Origin: Octopus bimaculoides
Taxonomy: Eukaryota
Direction of reading: 5' to 3'
NCBI RefSeq assembly: GCF_001194135.2
Contig: NC_068997.1
Coordinates: 51,308,296-51,372,295, forward strand
DNA: 64,000 nt
The first letter of the stretch is position 1, and each line of letters opens with the position of its first letter. Positions 37,570-50,490 of the stretch are shown here, piece after piece. Under the pieces are notes generated by a model. The model did not search any database. It had not been told where the DNA came from and saw nothing but the letters and a program-made list of their open reading frames with translations. A program made the translations under genes and the position numbers.

Positions 37570-38149
37570 NNNNNNNNNNNNNNNNNNNNNNNNNNNNNNN
37601 NNNNNNNNNNNNNNNNNNNNNNNNNNNNNNNNNNNNNNNNNNNNNNNNNNNNNNNNNNNNNNNNNNNNNNNNNNNNNNNNNNNNNNNNNNNNNNNNNNNN
37701 NNNNNNNNNNNNNNNNNNNNNNNNNNNNNNNNNNNNNNNNNNNNNNNNNNNNNNNNNNNNNNNNNNNNNNNNNNNNNNNNNNNNNNNNNNNNNNNNNNNN
37801 NNNNNNNNNNNNNNNNNNNNNNNNNNNNNNNNNNNNNNNNNNNNNNNNNNNNNNNNNNNNNNNNNNNNNNNNNNNNNNNNNNNNNNNNNNNNNNNNNNNN
37901 NNNNNNNNNNNNNNNNNNNNNNNNNNNNNNNNNNNNNNNNNNNNNNNNNNNNNNNNNNNNNNNNNNNNNNNNNNNNNNNNNNNNNNNNNNNNNNNNNNNN
38001 NNNNNNNNNNNNNNNNNNNNNNNNNNNNNNNNNNNNNNNNNNNNNNNNNNNNNNNNACCTCCGCCTTTGAAACTATTTTGAATGGTGAATTTGTTAAGTT
38101 TGGCCTGTATTAGATAAGGATAAACTATCTATTACAATATTGCATTTGT

Positions 38150-38517
38150 ACAAGTTGGTTCCAAGTCTTACCCAGAGACCTCAAAAGACAACAAATTAGA
38201 AGTTCACGTTGGTGTTATCCCTAGGGTGCCATATATTTGGATTTGTACATAATGTTGTTCTAGAGAATGTTTAAGAAACTATAAGAAAATTATGTGTTTG
38301 TTTTAAAATTTGAGATTACATAGACAGTATTTTACGTAGGATATGGGCAGTTTCCATGAGCACTATCTTTTCAATTTCTGCCATTTTGGGGTTTCCTGGT
38401 ATCTGAGCTAGGTAGCAATCAGCCCCTTTTGCTATCATTTCTATGACAACAGGTATTGTTTTAGTCTTGCTAATTTCTATTTCAAGATCTTTATACTTGC
38501 TCAGTTTTTGGTAGCTC

Positions 38518-38518
<1 letters not shown>
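38150..38518 (-). pseudogene. R4/Dong-like RLE non-LTR retrotransposon 3' end
   Basis: Minus strand reads KSYQKLSKYKDLEIEISKTKTIPVVIEMIAKGADCYLAQIPGNPKMAEIEKIVLMETAHILRKILSM*, typical of the restriction-like-endonuclease C-terminus (KY.DL..EI, IPVV.GALG, GTA.ILR.VL). Confidence 0.8.
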
Positions 38519-38557
<39 letters not shown>

Positions 38558-39139
38558 CATCATCATCATCATCATCACATCATTATTATTATCATTTTGT
38601 AGTTATGTAAGTTGTTGCCATAGAGTATATATGATTAAAAAAAAAATAAAACAATGAAAAGAAAAAAGACTGGAAAAGTCTAAAGGTGATACATATAATT
38701 GTTTTAGCTGAATAAATGTCAGACTCTCAGACACAGTGCTGCAGGAGAACCAAGTTCAGGCATAAACAATAACTTCTCTTGATTAATAGCAAGAGTTAGT
38801 TAGTGCTTCTGTTTGAAGTTGGTTAATGAATGACGGCAGGAATTCACAGAATTGCATTGAGTGATTAGGTTTTCTTTGAAGTCTTGCAGTCAAGAACATT
38901 TGACAATATTTCGTTGCAGTGGCATAAACAGAGACAGGAACTAGGAAATTGCAAAGAACTAACTTTGGTATCGGAAAATATCTGAAATGACTGATTGGAG
39001 GTGATTGTTCTGTGATTGTCTCAGCAGTTTTTGTCTATTGCAGGAATGGTTTATGTAGATTCTTTGGGGAAGTGGCACAGTTTGGTGATTATGTAATTGC
39101 TGCAGCGTTGCCTTGTAATCTTTTTTCCTAATCAGATGT

Positions 39140-39390
39140 CATCATCATTGTTATAACCATCATCGTCTTCACCGCTATTATCGTCATTTTTATCATCATC
39201 ATCACCATCATCATCATCCTCGTCAGTGTTGTCATCATCAGCATTTTCATTATTATCATCATTAGCATCACCCTCAAGACCATTATCATCATCATCATCA
39301 TCATCATCATCATCTTCATCGTTATCATCCTCATCGTCATCATCATCATCATTATCATCATCTTCGTCATTATCGTCATCATCATCATCT
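39140..39390. repeat. (ATC)n degenerate triplet repeat
   Basis: Direct inspection; source of the poly-D, poly-M and poly-S pseudo-ORFs. Confidence 0.9.
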
Positions 39391-39754
39391 GCTCTCCCTC
39401 CCCTCTCCCGCTCAATGCATTTCCATTTGGGACCTAGAACAACTGATCGAAAATACCAATTCCTCTGGCAGATGTAATGATAATCTTCACTGTGGTGGTA
39501 ACAATACAAGAGGAAGAGAGAGAGAGACAGAGAGAGAGAGCGAGAGAGCTGATAGTTAATCATTAGAGATCAGTGACTTGGACATAATACACTTGACAAT
39601 ATTATTTGTAAACTTAATGCCATGGTTGCTCTATCTTCCAATCTTATGAAACCTTTAAGGAATTCTTGATTTTGGAAATGGCATCATGTTTATAGAGATT
39701 TAGCTTCAAAACGTACTGACAGTAAACGAACCAAAATAATAATGATAATAATAA

Positions 39755-39960
39755 TCCTTTCTATTAAAGGCACAAGGCTTGAAATTATTGGGGAAAAAAA
39801 CTAGTTGGTTACATTGACTCCAGTGTATAACTGGTATTTAGTTTATTGACTCCAAAAGGATGAAAGGCAAAGTCGACCTTGGCGGAATTTGAACTCAAAG
39901 CGTTAAGCCAGAAGAAATGTCGCTAAGCATTTTTCCAGCAGACTAACGATTCTGCTAGAT
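39755..39960 (-). mobile_element. SINE family B
   Basis: cctttctattaaaggcacaagg...aggcaaagtcgaccttggcggaatttgaactc...ctaagcattt. Confidence 0.8.
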
Positions 39961-40013
39961 TACTACATCATCATCATCATCATCATCATTATTATTATTA
40001 TTATTATTATTAT

Positions 40014-40046
<33 letters not shown>

Positions 40047-40702
40047 TGGTGGTAATAATGATAAAAATAAAATATGGTAGATATGCGAAAACAAGCAATA
40101 CCAGCAGTCTTAAGAATATCAATTTAACACCTCATAATACCAGATGATTAATGATTAATGTTGATGGAATTCATACTTGCATCTTTATTTATTTATTTCT
40201 GTAGACATGGCAGTAAGTTGCTGTCATATTGGTGTTAGAAATATCAAACTGCGACAGCTCAGTTCTTTATAATCCGTATAAATTGTACCCAATTCTGTAA
40301 GAAAATACCCAATTCTAAATGGATTTATTGGCCATGTGCAATAAACTGCAATAAATCGCAGTAAAGTCATAACTTGCATTTCAAAAGTCTTAGCTAGAAT
40401 TCTTCTAGTTAGATTGCATTAACTTTAGAAATAGCGAAATATTTTAGTAATTTTAATTATTTTTTAATCCTTTGTATTTTGATTATTTTTTGATTACTTT
40501 TTTTTGCTGTTGTTTTGTATATATTTATATTTTTAATATTTTTTTTATGTTAATTATTCTTCTAGGTTAATTTATTATTTTCTTTTTTATTTGGTGTGGT
40601 GAGTGCAATCATGTAATTATAAACTAGATATGTATATCAGGTTATATAGTGAAGAAATTAAAGTACTTTATTTAAATTTGATATATGTATACATACTTAT
40701 AA

Positions 40703-40759
<57 letters not shown>

Positions 40760-40924
40760 ATACATATATGTGTATATGCATATGTCTGTATATATATATG
40801 TGTATAAGCATATGTCTGCATATATATGTGTATATACATGTGTGTATACATATATGTGTATATGCATATGTCTGTATATATATGTGAATATACATGTGCA
40901 TGTATATATATGTATATACATAGG

Positions 40925-40963
<39 letters not shown>

Positions 40964-40989
40964 GTTAACATGTATGTGTATGTGTGTGC

Positions 40990-41029
<40 letters not shown>

Positions 41030-41547
41030 ATACACGTGTATGTGTGTGTATATATTTATATGTATGCATTAATGACTTGTAGGCTCATGGTATTTCGTTA
41101 TGTAACCATAATATACTACAAATTATATTAAACGTTTTTTAGAAGTCGATACTGTGTCCTGCTGTGTTAGCAGGGCTATTAAATCACATGTTAAGGCCAT
41201 CCCTACAGATTTTCAACAAAAATTATATCCAGAACTGATTTTTGTTCGATGTTTCGTATAAAAATGGGTAATGAGCAAATATGCCATGTTTCGGGAGTTT
41301 TTTGCCCCTCATCAGCACCCACCTAACTCCTTAATCATCCACAAGCCCCTTGCTTAAATATCCACTAAATATAGCAGTGTAACATTATTGGATATACCTA
41401 TTTACATATTAAACACATTCCTGGAAGCTGGTAGGCAAATATTAACGACTTACAGAGAAGGCGGTGAGCTGGTAGAACCGTTAGCATGGTGTGTTTACAT
41501 CTCCATAACCTGTATGTATATATATGTGTGTGTGTATATATACATGT

Positions 41548-41862
41548 ATGTGCAGTTATTTGACTGCGGCCATGCTGGAGCACCGCCTTTAGTCGAGCAA
41601 ATCTACCCCAGGAATTATTCTCTGTAAGCCTAGTACTTATTCTATCGGTCTCCTCTGCCGAACCACTAAGTTACAGGGGACGTAAACACACCAGCATTGG
41701 TCATCAAGCTTCTTTCAGTTTCCATCTACCAAATCCACTCACATGGGTTTGGTCGTCCCGAGGCTGTCGTAGAAGACACTTGCCCAAGGTGCCACGCGTT
41801 GGGACTGAATCCAGAACCATGTGGTTGGTAAGCAAGGTACTTACCACACAGCCACTCCTGCA
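41548..41862 (-). mobile_element. SINE family A
   Basis: tttgactgcggccatgctggagcaccgcc...gggactgaatccagaaccatgtggttggtaagc...acagccactcc. Confidence 0.85.
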
Positions 41863-42024
41863 CCTATATATATATAATTAATTATATATGTATATATAAT
41901 TAAAAGTATTTACTTCTCCAACAGATCATAACCGTGAAGAAGTGTTGTAATGTTCAAAAGGAAATATTTAATGACTAGTAATTTGAGAAAGGATGTGGAT
42001 AAGGATAATTGTCATTATTATTAC

Positions 42025-42056
<32 letters not shown>

Positions 42057-42186
42057 TGTTATTAGTTTGCCACATGTTGCATTCGTTTTATAAGGAACAA
42101 GGGTTTATGACTTGATCACTTTGCAATAATGGAGGAAGTCATTGGGGTCAATTCCTGTTTGCTACTGGCTATTATCAAAACAAGTT

Positions 42187-42506
42187 GAGGCACAATGGCC
42201 CAGTGGTTAGAGCAGTGGACTCGCGGTCATAGGATCGCGGTTTCGATTCCCAGACCGGGCGTTGTGAGTGTTTATTGAGCGAAAACACCTAAAGCTCCAC
42301 GAGGCACCGACAGGGGATGGTGGCGAACCCTGCTGTACTCTTCCACCACAACTTTCTTTCACTCTTACTTCCTGTTTCTCTTGTGCCTGTAATTCAAAGG
42401 GTCAGCCTTGTCACACTATGTCACGCTGAATATCCCCGAGAACTACGTTAAGGGTACACGTGTCTGTGGAGTGCTCAGCCACTTGCACGTTAATTTCACG
42501 AGCAGG
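42187..42506 (+). mobile_element. tRNA-derived SINE family C, tail type 2
   Basis: Same head as 32608 (TGGCCCAGTGG; GGTTTCGATTCC), followed by cagccttgtcacact...gtggagtgctcagccacttgcacgttaatttcacgagcagg. Confidence 0.85.
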
Positions 42507-43494
42507 ATAGACATGGATAGATAGATAGACGGATAGATAGACAGATAGATAGATAGATAGATAGATAGATTCTTAGTTAAATAGAGAGACAGATAGATAG
42601 AGAGATAGGCAGACAGAGGGAAAGAGATATTTACAACACAGTATTCTTGTTGCTTCTTCAACATTTCCACCCAGCTTCATGTTTCCTGCAAATAAATCCA
42701 TAATATTCACAGATTTAAAGAATTTGAAATAAGTTTTTATAAAACCAAGTTATGAACTCTTAACATGACAATAATCCTTCCCCTGCTGTGTGTGTCGTTA
42801 ATAAAGATATTTTCTCTCGTTACCAATTAAAATGAAACAATCAACTCTCATTTGTTGAATTTTCTATTTATCATTATGCGCTGGATCGTTAACTCATAAA
42901 TTGCAGGTTTAGCAGAACCGGAGCGAACATGACAGCAAATAACATGTGGCGCTGCATCAAACCTTGACATGTTATATTGAAATTGTATTGAAACAGAAAA
43001 CCGATGTAATGATTTACTTTGCCATGTCAGAGATGGCCATTGTTCTGTTCCTATCCCCCATTTTGCAAAGACATTGGGTGGGATCTGGAATCGTATGTGT
43101 TGCAGACTTCACTAAGATAAACAAATTAATATTTGTTTATTTTTGCAACACAGAAAATGTGCAATGCAAAAAAAGAAAAAAAACTAGAACAAAAAAAAAA
43201 GGAGGTTGAGCATTAAATAACCGACTAATTAACATGAGAAACTCTTAATTTTTTTGAAAATTTTGTTTTATTTTTTTTTTCTTCTTTTCTAAATTTAAAC
43301 ATTGTGTTTAAGCAGAGCGCCACCTGCTATTCAGCTTTGTCAAGCAACATACTGCATGTAATGCATTTTAGCTGAAGAATTTACTTAGGTGCACATGCTG
43401 CATAAATCATGATATGTCAAGATTCCAAGTTGCACTGAAGAAGTGTCTTCAATGATTCAAGCCTGGAAATGTTGAAACTTTGTTTTTTTCTTAT

Positions 43495-43538
<44 letters not shown>

Positions 43539-44669
43539 TTATTTCATCATCATCATCATCAATATCATCATCATCATCATCATCACCCTCAGTGTTTTAG
43601 CATTTACATTTGCATACCAGTATGAGTCAGATGGAATTTGTCAAGGCAAATTTTCTGTGACTGGGTGCCCTTCCTGTCACCAACATTCACCTGTTTCCAA
43701 GCAAAGTAACATTTCTCTGAGATTGGACATGTTTTCACAGAAGACTGGAACTGCATGGCACTGCTTCTTATGATGGTAATGCTTTGCTTACAACTAACGC
43801 ACACTGTTAAGACAATTTATGGACAACAAATAACAATATGGCCCCTTATTCAGGATTAGATTTCAGCTGTTAACACATAAATCTATTCTTAGATTGTGAT
43901 CTATCTAAAGTTCTAAGATATCGTTTTCTCCAGAAATTAAACAGTCTGTGTCTTTGTGGGCTTCTAAGACTTCATTGAGCTGGTACGTTGCACTCTCATC
44001 AATCCAGTTTGAGTAATTTATTCAAGAAACAGAACTCTATAGTGTAAACCAAGTAAATTAGTCATTGATTTCACCTTGCTGTTTGTGCTAAGGGTACCAC
44101 TCTGAGGTACCTATGAGGAACTAGGTATATATGGAACCATTGAGCATTAAGTCCTATTGCAATAAAACCAGCATAGAGCTGTAGATAGGACATGAGCTAC
44201 TGCCCACATTATCGTTGGTCTGTAACTTAATCAACTCAGTTATCTCTGCCCTCTTGCTCAATCCTTCAGTGAGGTCAACCAGTGCTCATCATGCAAGAAG
44301 TAACAGGTAAATTTCTTTTAAACAACATTATCGTTTTCCAAAAAGAAGGGCACATTGGATAGTGTAGTCCTTCATAACTTTATGGCACTATCAATGTTGA
44401 TGCCTGTCATAAAGAAATTGAAAACATATCTTATCATTGAGTAGTTTGGCATTTGAAAGTTTGAAGCGAGGGTTGACAACTGGGAGAGGATCTGGTCATA
44501 GATCAGTGCCTTAGGAAGTCACTCCAAACAGATCTCAAGTTTGAATACACCATATTTAATGGTGTTTAAGGTGTGCTTTTTATATTTTAAAATGTATCCA
44601 AAAACTTGCCCTGTATCTAATGCAGCCACATAATGGCTGGGAGACTGGGTGTTGTAAACTCGGGAGCCA

Positions 44670-44998
44670 GATCAGCATGGCACATGAAAAAACATTTGAG
44701 CGAGGTCATTGCCAGTGCTGCTGAACTAGCTCCTGTGCAGGTGGCATGTAAAATACACCATTTGAGCGTGGCCGTTGCCAGTACCACCTGACTGGCCATC
44801 GTGCCGGTGGCATGTAAAATCACCCACTACACTCTCGGACTGGTTGGCATTAGGAAGGGCATCCGGCTGTAGAAACTCTGCCAAATCAGATTGGAGCCTG
44901 GTGTAGCCATCTGGTTTCACCAGTCCTCAGTCAAATCGTCCAACCCATGCTAGCATGGAAAGCAGATGTTAAACGATGATGATGATGATGATGATGAT
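44670..44998 (+). mobile_element. (GAT)n-tailed retroposon
   Basis: Near-identical to 15990-16226. Confidence 0.85.
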
Positions 44999-45514
44999 TA
45001 TAAAATATTGCAAACAAGCGAAAATATCACAGTCTCTTAGCACAAACTTATGAAGAATTGCTTCTGCTATGATGGCAGTTACACAGAGAGAGATCATGTC
45101 CTCTCATTATATCACCTTCCTCAGCATACATTACCCATACCTGATATATGTCTAACATTATTTAATGGTTGTGTTACCTTTAAGAAACATTTTAAGAATT
45201 ATCTAAATGGAAAAATTCTAGAAACATGAAAGGAATAGTGAACTTTTATCTGCTTGTCAGTTAGTTGAAAGGGTGACAACGAAACCATCGAGGAACTGCA
45301 CCACCTTGGTGGCTGGTTGTTGTGACACAAAACATCACAACCAGAAATACAAGTTTTTATATCCGGCACAGTAATTCTCTGGAACCAAAATATAAACAGT
45401 TATTCAACTGATCTGAAAGAAGATAAAGTTGAAACATGGCACTTGTATATAACTTAGTTTATTTATGATAAATAATGGTTTCATACTTTATTCCAGTATA
45501 CTGTTACAGCATTG

Positions 45515-45663
45515 TATTTGCATGTTATTCACATTTGACGGATATTTGTCCTCATCTTGTTTGTTGTTAACGCAACATTTCGGCTGATATACCCTCCAGC
45601 CTTTATCAGGTGTCTTGGGGAAATTTCGAACCTGGGTTCTCATTCTTAAGGTATTTTTCGATG

Positions 45664-45701
<38 letters not shown>

Positions 45702-45745
45702 GTCATTATCATTATTATTATTATTATTATCATTATTATTGTGGT
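45515..45745 (-). mobile_element. (AAT)n + hammerhead module, hammerhead decayed (45569-45614)
   Basis: Minus strand: GACAC CTGATAA a GGCTG...CAGCC GAAA TGTT GCGTT. Confidence 0.75.
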
Positions 45746-45811
45746 TGTCCTTCAGGTTTCTGATCATGAATAAATCGTGCTTTATATATATATATATCTA
45801 TATGTATCTAT

Positions 45812-46085
45812 CTCATCATCATCATCGTTTAACGTCCGTTTTCCATGCTGGCATGGGTTGGACGGTTTGACTGGGGCCTGGGAAGCCAGGAGGCTGTACC
45901 AGGATCCAGTCTGATCAGGCAGTGTTTCTACAGCTGGATATTCTTCCTAACGCCAATTACTCCAAGAGTGTAGTGGGTGCTTTTTACGTGCCACTGGCAC
46001 AGGGGTCAGAGGAGCTGGTATTGACCATGGTTGGATGGAGCATTTTACGTGCCACCGGCATGGATGCCAGTCAAAGCGTGACCAT
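45812..46085 (-). mobile_element. (GAT)n-tailed retroposon
   Basis: catcatcatcgtttaacgtccgttttccatgctggcatgggttgg... Confidence 0.8.
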
Positions 46086-46373
46086 ACCAACACAAACGTC
46101 TCTCTTGCATGCCACATCCGATGCTTCAAGATCAGAGTTGTTTGAAAACCGAGGTACTGCTGTAAATGCATATTAATTTATCTTTATATGTGCATTTGTG
46201 TATATATACATATTTGTGTATATCCCCACACACTTGACAAGCAGTAATACATATACAAACACTGTATCTGTTTCTGTATGTGTGTATGCATTTTTGTACT
46301 TCGATATATACACAGTCATAGATAAGGGGATGTATCATATATATTTATGCATTCATGTACTTTGATATACACA

Positions 46374-46407
<34 letters not shown>

Positions 46408-46417
46408 TACATACATG

Positions 46418-46448
<31 letters not shown>

Positions 46449-46821
46449 CTGTTTGTTTATAAATACATATGCATTTACACACACACACATCCACACGCAT
46501 ATAAACACACACACATACATGCCCACATTCACACACACACACACACACACAGATAAGATAAATAGATGTGTGTGTGTGTGCGTTTGTGAATGTACATATG
46601 TGCATGTGAGAGTGTGTGTGAAGCAGGGGTCAGATAGTAGAGACAAACAAAAGCGAGCAACAGTATCCATTAAGAGTTCCAAGAGGAAAAAAGTCTTTGA
46701 ACCACCAAAATGGTGCCAATTTGTTTACAGAAACATAAAAGTCTGGCTTGCAGCAATTTATTGTAAGAAGTCATAGAATACACCCGGTGTCTGCTCCCTC
46801 AGCTAAGCACGTATGTATATG

Positions 46822-46856
<35 letters not shown>

Positions 46857-46885
46857 ATATGTATGTATGTTTATATATATATTTT

Positions 46886-47036
46886 TATGGGGGTTGCTGA
46901 AAAGTTCCTGGCTTTAAGGGTATCGCAAAAGGCCTGGTTGGAGGCCTAACCCTCTGAGTTTGTTTACAGGGCTTAGAAAAACTGAAGGACTGCTGCAATA
47001 AGTGTGTGAATCTAAGATGGGACTATGTTGAATAAA

Positions 47037-47040
<4 letters not shown>
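46886..47040 (+). mobile_element. Mariner-derived MITE fragment
   Basis: gggggttgctgaaaagttcctggc...cagggcttagaaaaactgaaggactgctgcaataagtgtgtgaatctaagatgggactatgttgaataa. Confidence 0.8.
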
Positions 47041-47093
<53 letters not shown>

Positions 47094-47097
47094 ATTT

Positions 47098-47228
47098 TAT
47101 TTGCAATACTGTGGTTCTGGGTTCAGTCCCACTGCTTGACACCTTGGGCAAGTGCATTCCACTATAGCCTAGGGCTGACCAAAACCTTGTGAGTGGATTT
47201 GGTAGATGGAAACTGAAAGAAGCCCATT
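47098..47228 (+). mobile_element. SINE family A, 5' half
   Basis: gtggttctgggttcagtcccactg...accttgggcaagtg...ggaaactgaaagaagccc. Confidence 0.8.
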
Positions 47229-47559
47229 GTATATATATATATATATATATACTCATGAGTAAAAAAAAGAGACAGAAATAGACAATGTCCCTTGCATTTG
47301 AAAACTATGGAGATATTTTAAAAAAACATTTCATATCATTTTTCCATAGTTTAATTGCTTTTCATGCTTTACTACAAGTTGAAAAAGTCTAAAAGACTGA
47401 AACTGGTACTAAAATGTTCTTCGTGATAAAATTATTTTAGCATTTTCTACCTTGTCATATTTTCCTTATCCTTATACATCTCAACTTGTGGGTTACTTTT
47501 CAACCTTCTACATACATACATACACACACATACATACATCCGTACATACATATATGACA

Positions 47560-47710
47560 GGATTTCTTCAGTCTCCATCTACCAAATCCACACACAAAAG
47601 TTGCATTGGCTTGAGGTCATAGTAGAAGACACTAGCCCAAGCTGCCATGCATTGGAATTGAACCCAGAACCATGTGGTTGGAAAGCAAACTTCTTACTAC
47701 ACATCCATGG
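47560..47710 (-). mobile_element. SINE family A, 5' half, inverted relative to 47098
   Basis: ttcttcagtctccatctaccaaatcc...gaacccagaaccatgtggttgg. Confidence 0.7.
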
Positions 47711-48509
47711 ATATCAATAATAATAAATATATATATATATATATACATATATATGTTTGTTATTGATGATACTGTATATATTTCTAGACATAAACATGTG
47801 GGCTAATAGACAGATATACATACATACATATACACACATATATACACATGGGCTCTGTATGTGTTATTTGATGCGAACAGTGTCAATAATAGAGAATCTA
47901 TAGGGATATTTTGTTATTTTGGTATTGCTATTGATAAGCGCACGCATGCTCACACACACACACACACAAATACATACACACACAAGCACAAACAAACAGA
48001 CATTGTTTCAATACTCCTCAAACGTCTGCATTCACTGGCTGCAGTCCTCTTTGTCAGTTCGTGTTTCACTGTACCCTATCATATCCCGATACCCTCTCTC
48101 CCCATGTGCAGTCATCTGTGTTGCTATCAAAAGGATGTTGTATCAAATTAGAATGAAATGAGGGTGGATGGGCACAGAAGGAGGTACTTCATACTGTCCT
48201 TAATTGTTCGTTATGGAATTGTTGAACAAAGTACGAGAATTGGTCTCAGATCTTTCTGGAAATTAAAATAGGAATTGACGATTTTTATTGATGCGAACAT
48301 GGCTGTGTGTGCACGTGCATGCGTGTATGTGTATGTGTGTGTTAAAGATACTTGCTTCCCATGTATGCCTATGGTTTCAGTCTCACTGTATGGCAACTTG
48401 GGCAAATGTCTTCTACTATAACTAAGTTAAATGAAGTTTTGAGAGTGGGTTTCTTAGTCAGAAACTGTGTGGAAGCCTGTCATATATTTATACATACATA
48501 TATATCCAT

Positions 48510-48593
<84 letters not shown>

Positions 48594-49594
48594 NNNNNNN
48601 NNNNNNNNNNNNNNNNNNNNNNNNNNNNNNNNNNNNNNNNNNNNNNNNNNNNNNNNNNNNNNNNNNNNNNNNNNNNNNNNNNNNNNNNNNNNNNNNNNNN
48701 NNNNNNNNNNNNNNNNNNNNNNNNNNNNNNNNNNNNNNNNNNNNATATGTATGTGTATAATGTGTGTGTGTGTGTGTGTGTTTGTGTATTCTTGTTTTGA
48801 CAATCTGTCATTATTCTCAATATTCTGTGAAAACTTGTCTGGCCATGGAAGAAAGATTATGTTATCATGTGCATGTGCATATATATGTATTATGTGTGAA
48901 TGTATGTGTGTATGTATATTGTCAGTGTGTGTGTATGTGTCTCTATCTTCACATCACATGATGATTGCAAAAGCATCTCTATTATACAAGCATTGTCATT
49001 TGTTTCAAATCTTTTGTGTGAAACATGTCTGGTTATGGGGAAATATTCCCCTGTAGCCAGGGAAGGGTGGGCAACAGTGAAGGTATCTGGCCTGAAAAAA
49101 TTTGCCTCAATGCATTTTCTCCGATCCATGCAAGCTTCACAAATGAATGTTAAATCAGTGATGGTGTACCAAATTGAGAGCTTTGTGGTTCAGAGTGGTT
49201 TGGCGTTCAACCAGAAGTATTAATTCCCTGCCAGGGGCACTCATTTTCCTTCTTTGTCTTGCAAATTACTTGGTGAATTTAGTAGTTCTGGTACCATGAA
49301 AGAGCACTCAATACATTCTGTAAAGTCTTAAGCATTAGGAAGGGCATCTGGTCATAGTAACCATGCCAAACCAGACATTGGAGCTTGATGCAGTCCTGAC
49401 ACTCTTGAGATCCTATCAAACCTTCCAACCCATGCCAGCATGTGAAGCAAACATTAAATGATTATGATTGTGATAATTTTATATATAGTGACTGTGTGAT
49501 AAGCAGCTTGCTTACCAACCACATGGTTCTGGGTTCAGTCCCACTGTGTGGCTCTTTGGGCAAGTGTCTTCTACTATAACCTTGGGCTAACCAT

Positions 49595-50420
49595 GTGACA
49601 TACCAGTTAAAACAGTCTTTTGCATTTATTTTGGTTTGGCTCAGGTTCGGTCTTATTCCTGGTAAGAATTGTGTGGATAGCAAGTTACTACCTGTAACCT
49701 TAGATATCCTCAAGTTTTCAGCAGTCTTTGAAGTGCTTAGGATCCTCCTGATAACCCTTGCTGTTCCTAACAGATAAACTTTCTGTAGCAGCTCTACCAA
49801 GCATCTTGTTTCAATTTCCTTCAGCCATTTGTCTATATCTTGGCTTACTGTTCCCAATGCACTAATAACTATAGCAACGACCTTTACTGTTCGCATGTTC
49901 CAAATTTTTCCTATTTCAAATTTTAAGGGATTGTATTTTTTTTTGCTTTTCTTCCTCTTTCTTTACGATTCTGGAATCAAGCAGGCATGATGGATCAATA
50001 AATAAACAACTTTGCTTTCCCAATATATATAATTATTATGTCTGGTCTAACATTTTCTAACTTCTTGTCTGTTTGAATAGGAAAGTCCCGCAAAATCTTA
50101 CATTTCTCTGACTCCAGTATTCTTTCAACTCGATGATTGTACCATGTGTTTTCAGCTTCAAATCCACATTTCTGGTAGAGTTTCCAGTGTAAAACTTTTA
50201 CAACCTAGTCATGTCTCCATTTCTTATATTCTTCCTGTGCCAACTTGGGGCATTCTTCTACAATGTGTGCCACTGTCTCATTCCAAGTTCCACAGGCTCT
50301 ACATTTTTCTGACACATTCTCTCCACATATATTTTTACTCAAGTTGTTTGTTTTTATTGCTTGATCTTGGGCTGCTACAACTAGGCTCTCTGTTTCTTTT
50401 TTCAATTGCCCCTGCATTTA
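49595..50420 (-). pseudogene. 5'-truncated R4/Dong-like non-LTR retrotransposon (CCHC knuckle + restriction-like endonuclease), antisense in a WWOX intron
   Basis: Minus strand reads LKKETESLVVAAQDQAIKTN...KCRACGTWNETVAHIVEECPKLAQEEYKKWRHD (C-X2-C-X8-H-X4-C), then with frameshifts KILRDFPIQTDKKLENVRPDII..., IDPSC.LDSRIVKKEEEK and VKVVAIVISALG...GTARVIRRIL. Confidence 0.9.
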
Positions 50421-50490
50421 TTATTATTATTATGATTATTATTATGATTATTACTATTATTATGTTTTTTTTGTTTGCATATTTTTTCAG

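Noticed and set aside
45068-45090. YDGSYT resembling WWOX exon 4 YDGSTT
   Set aside because: The flanking residues (MKNCFC...ERDHVLSL) do not match, and there is no GxxxGxG or splice support.
137-48961. Dozens of ORFs made of HT, CV, YI, LSIY and X runs
   Set aside because: They are translations of (CA)n, (TA)n, (CTAT)n microsatellites or N gaps.
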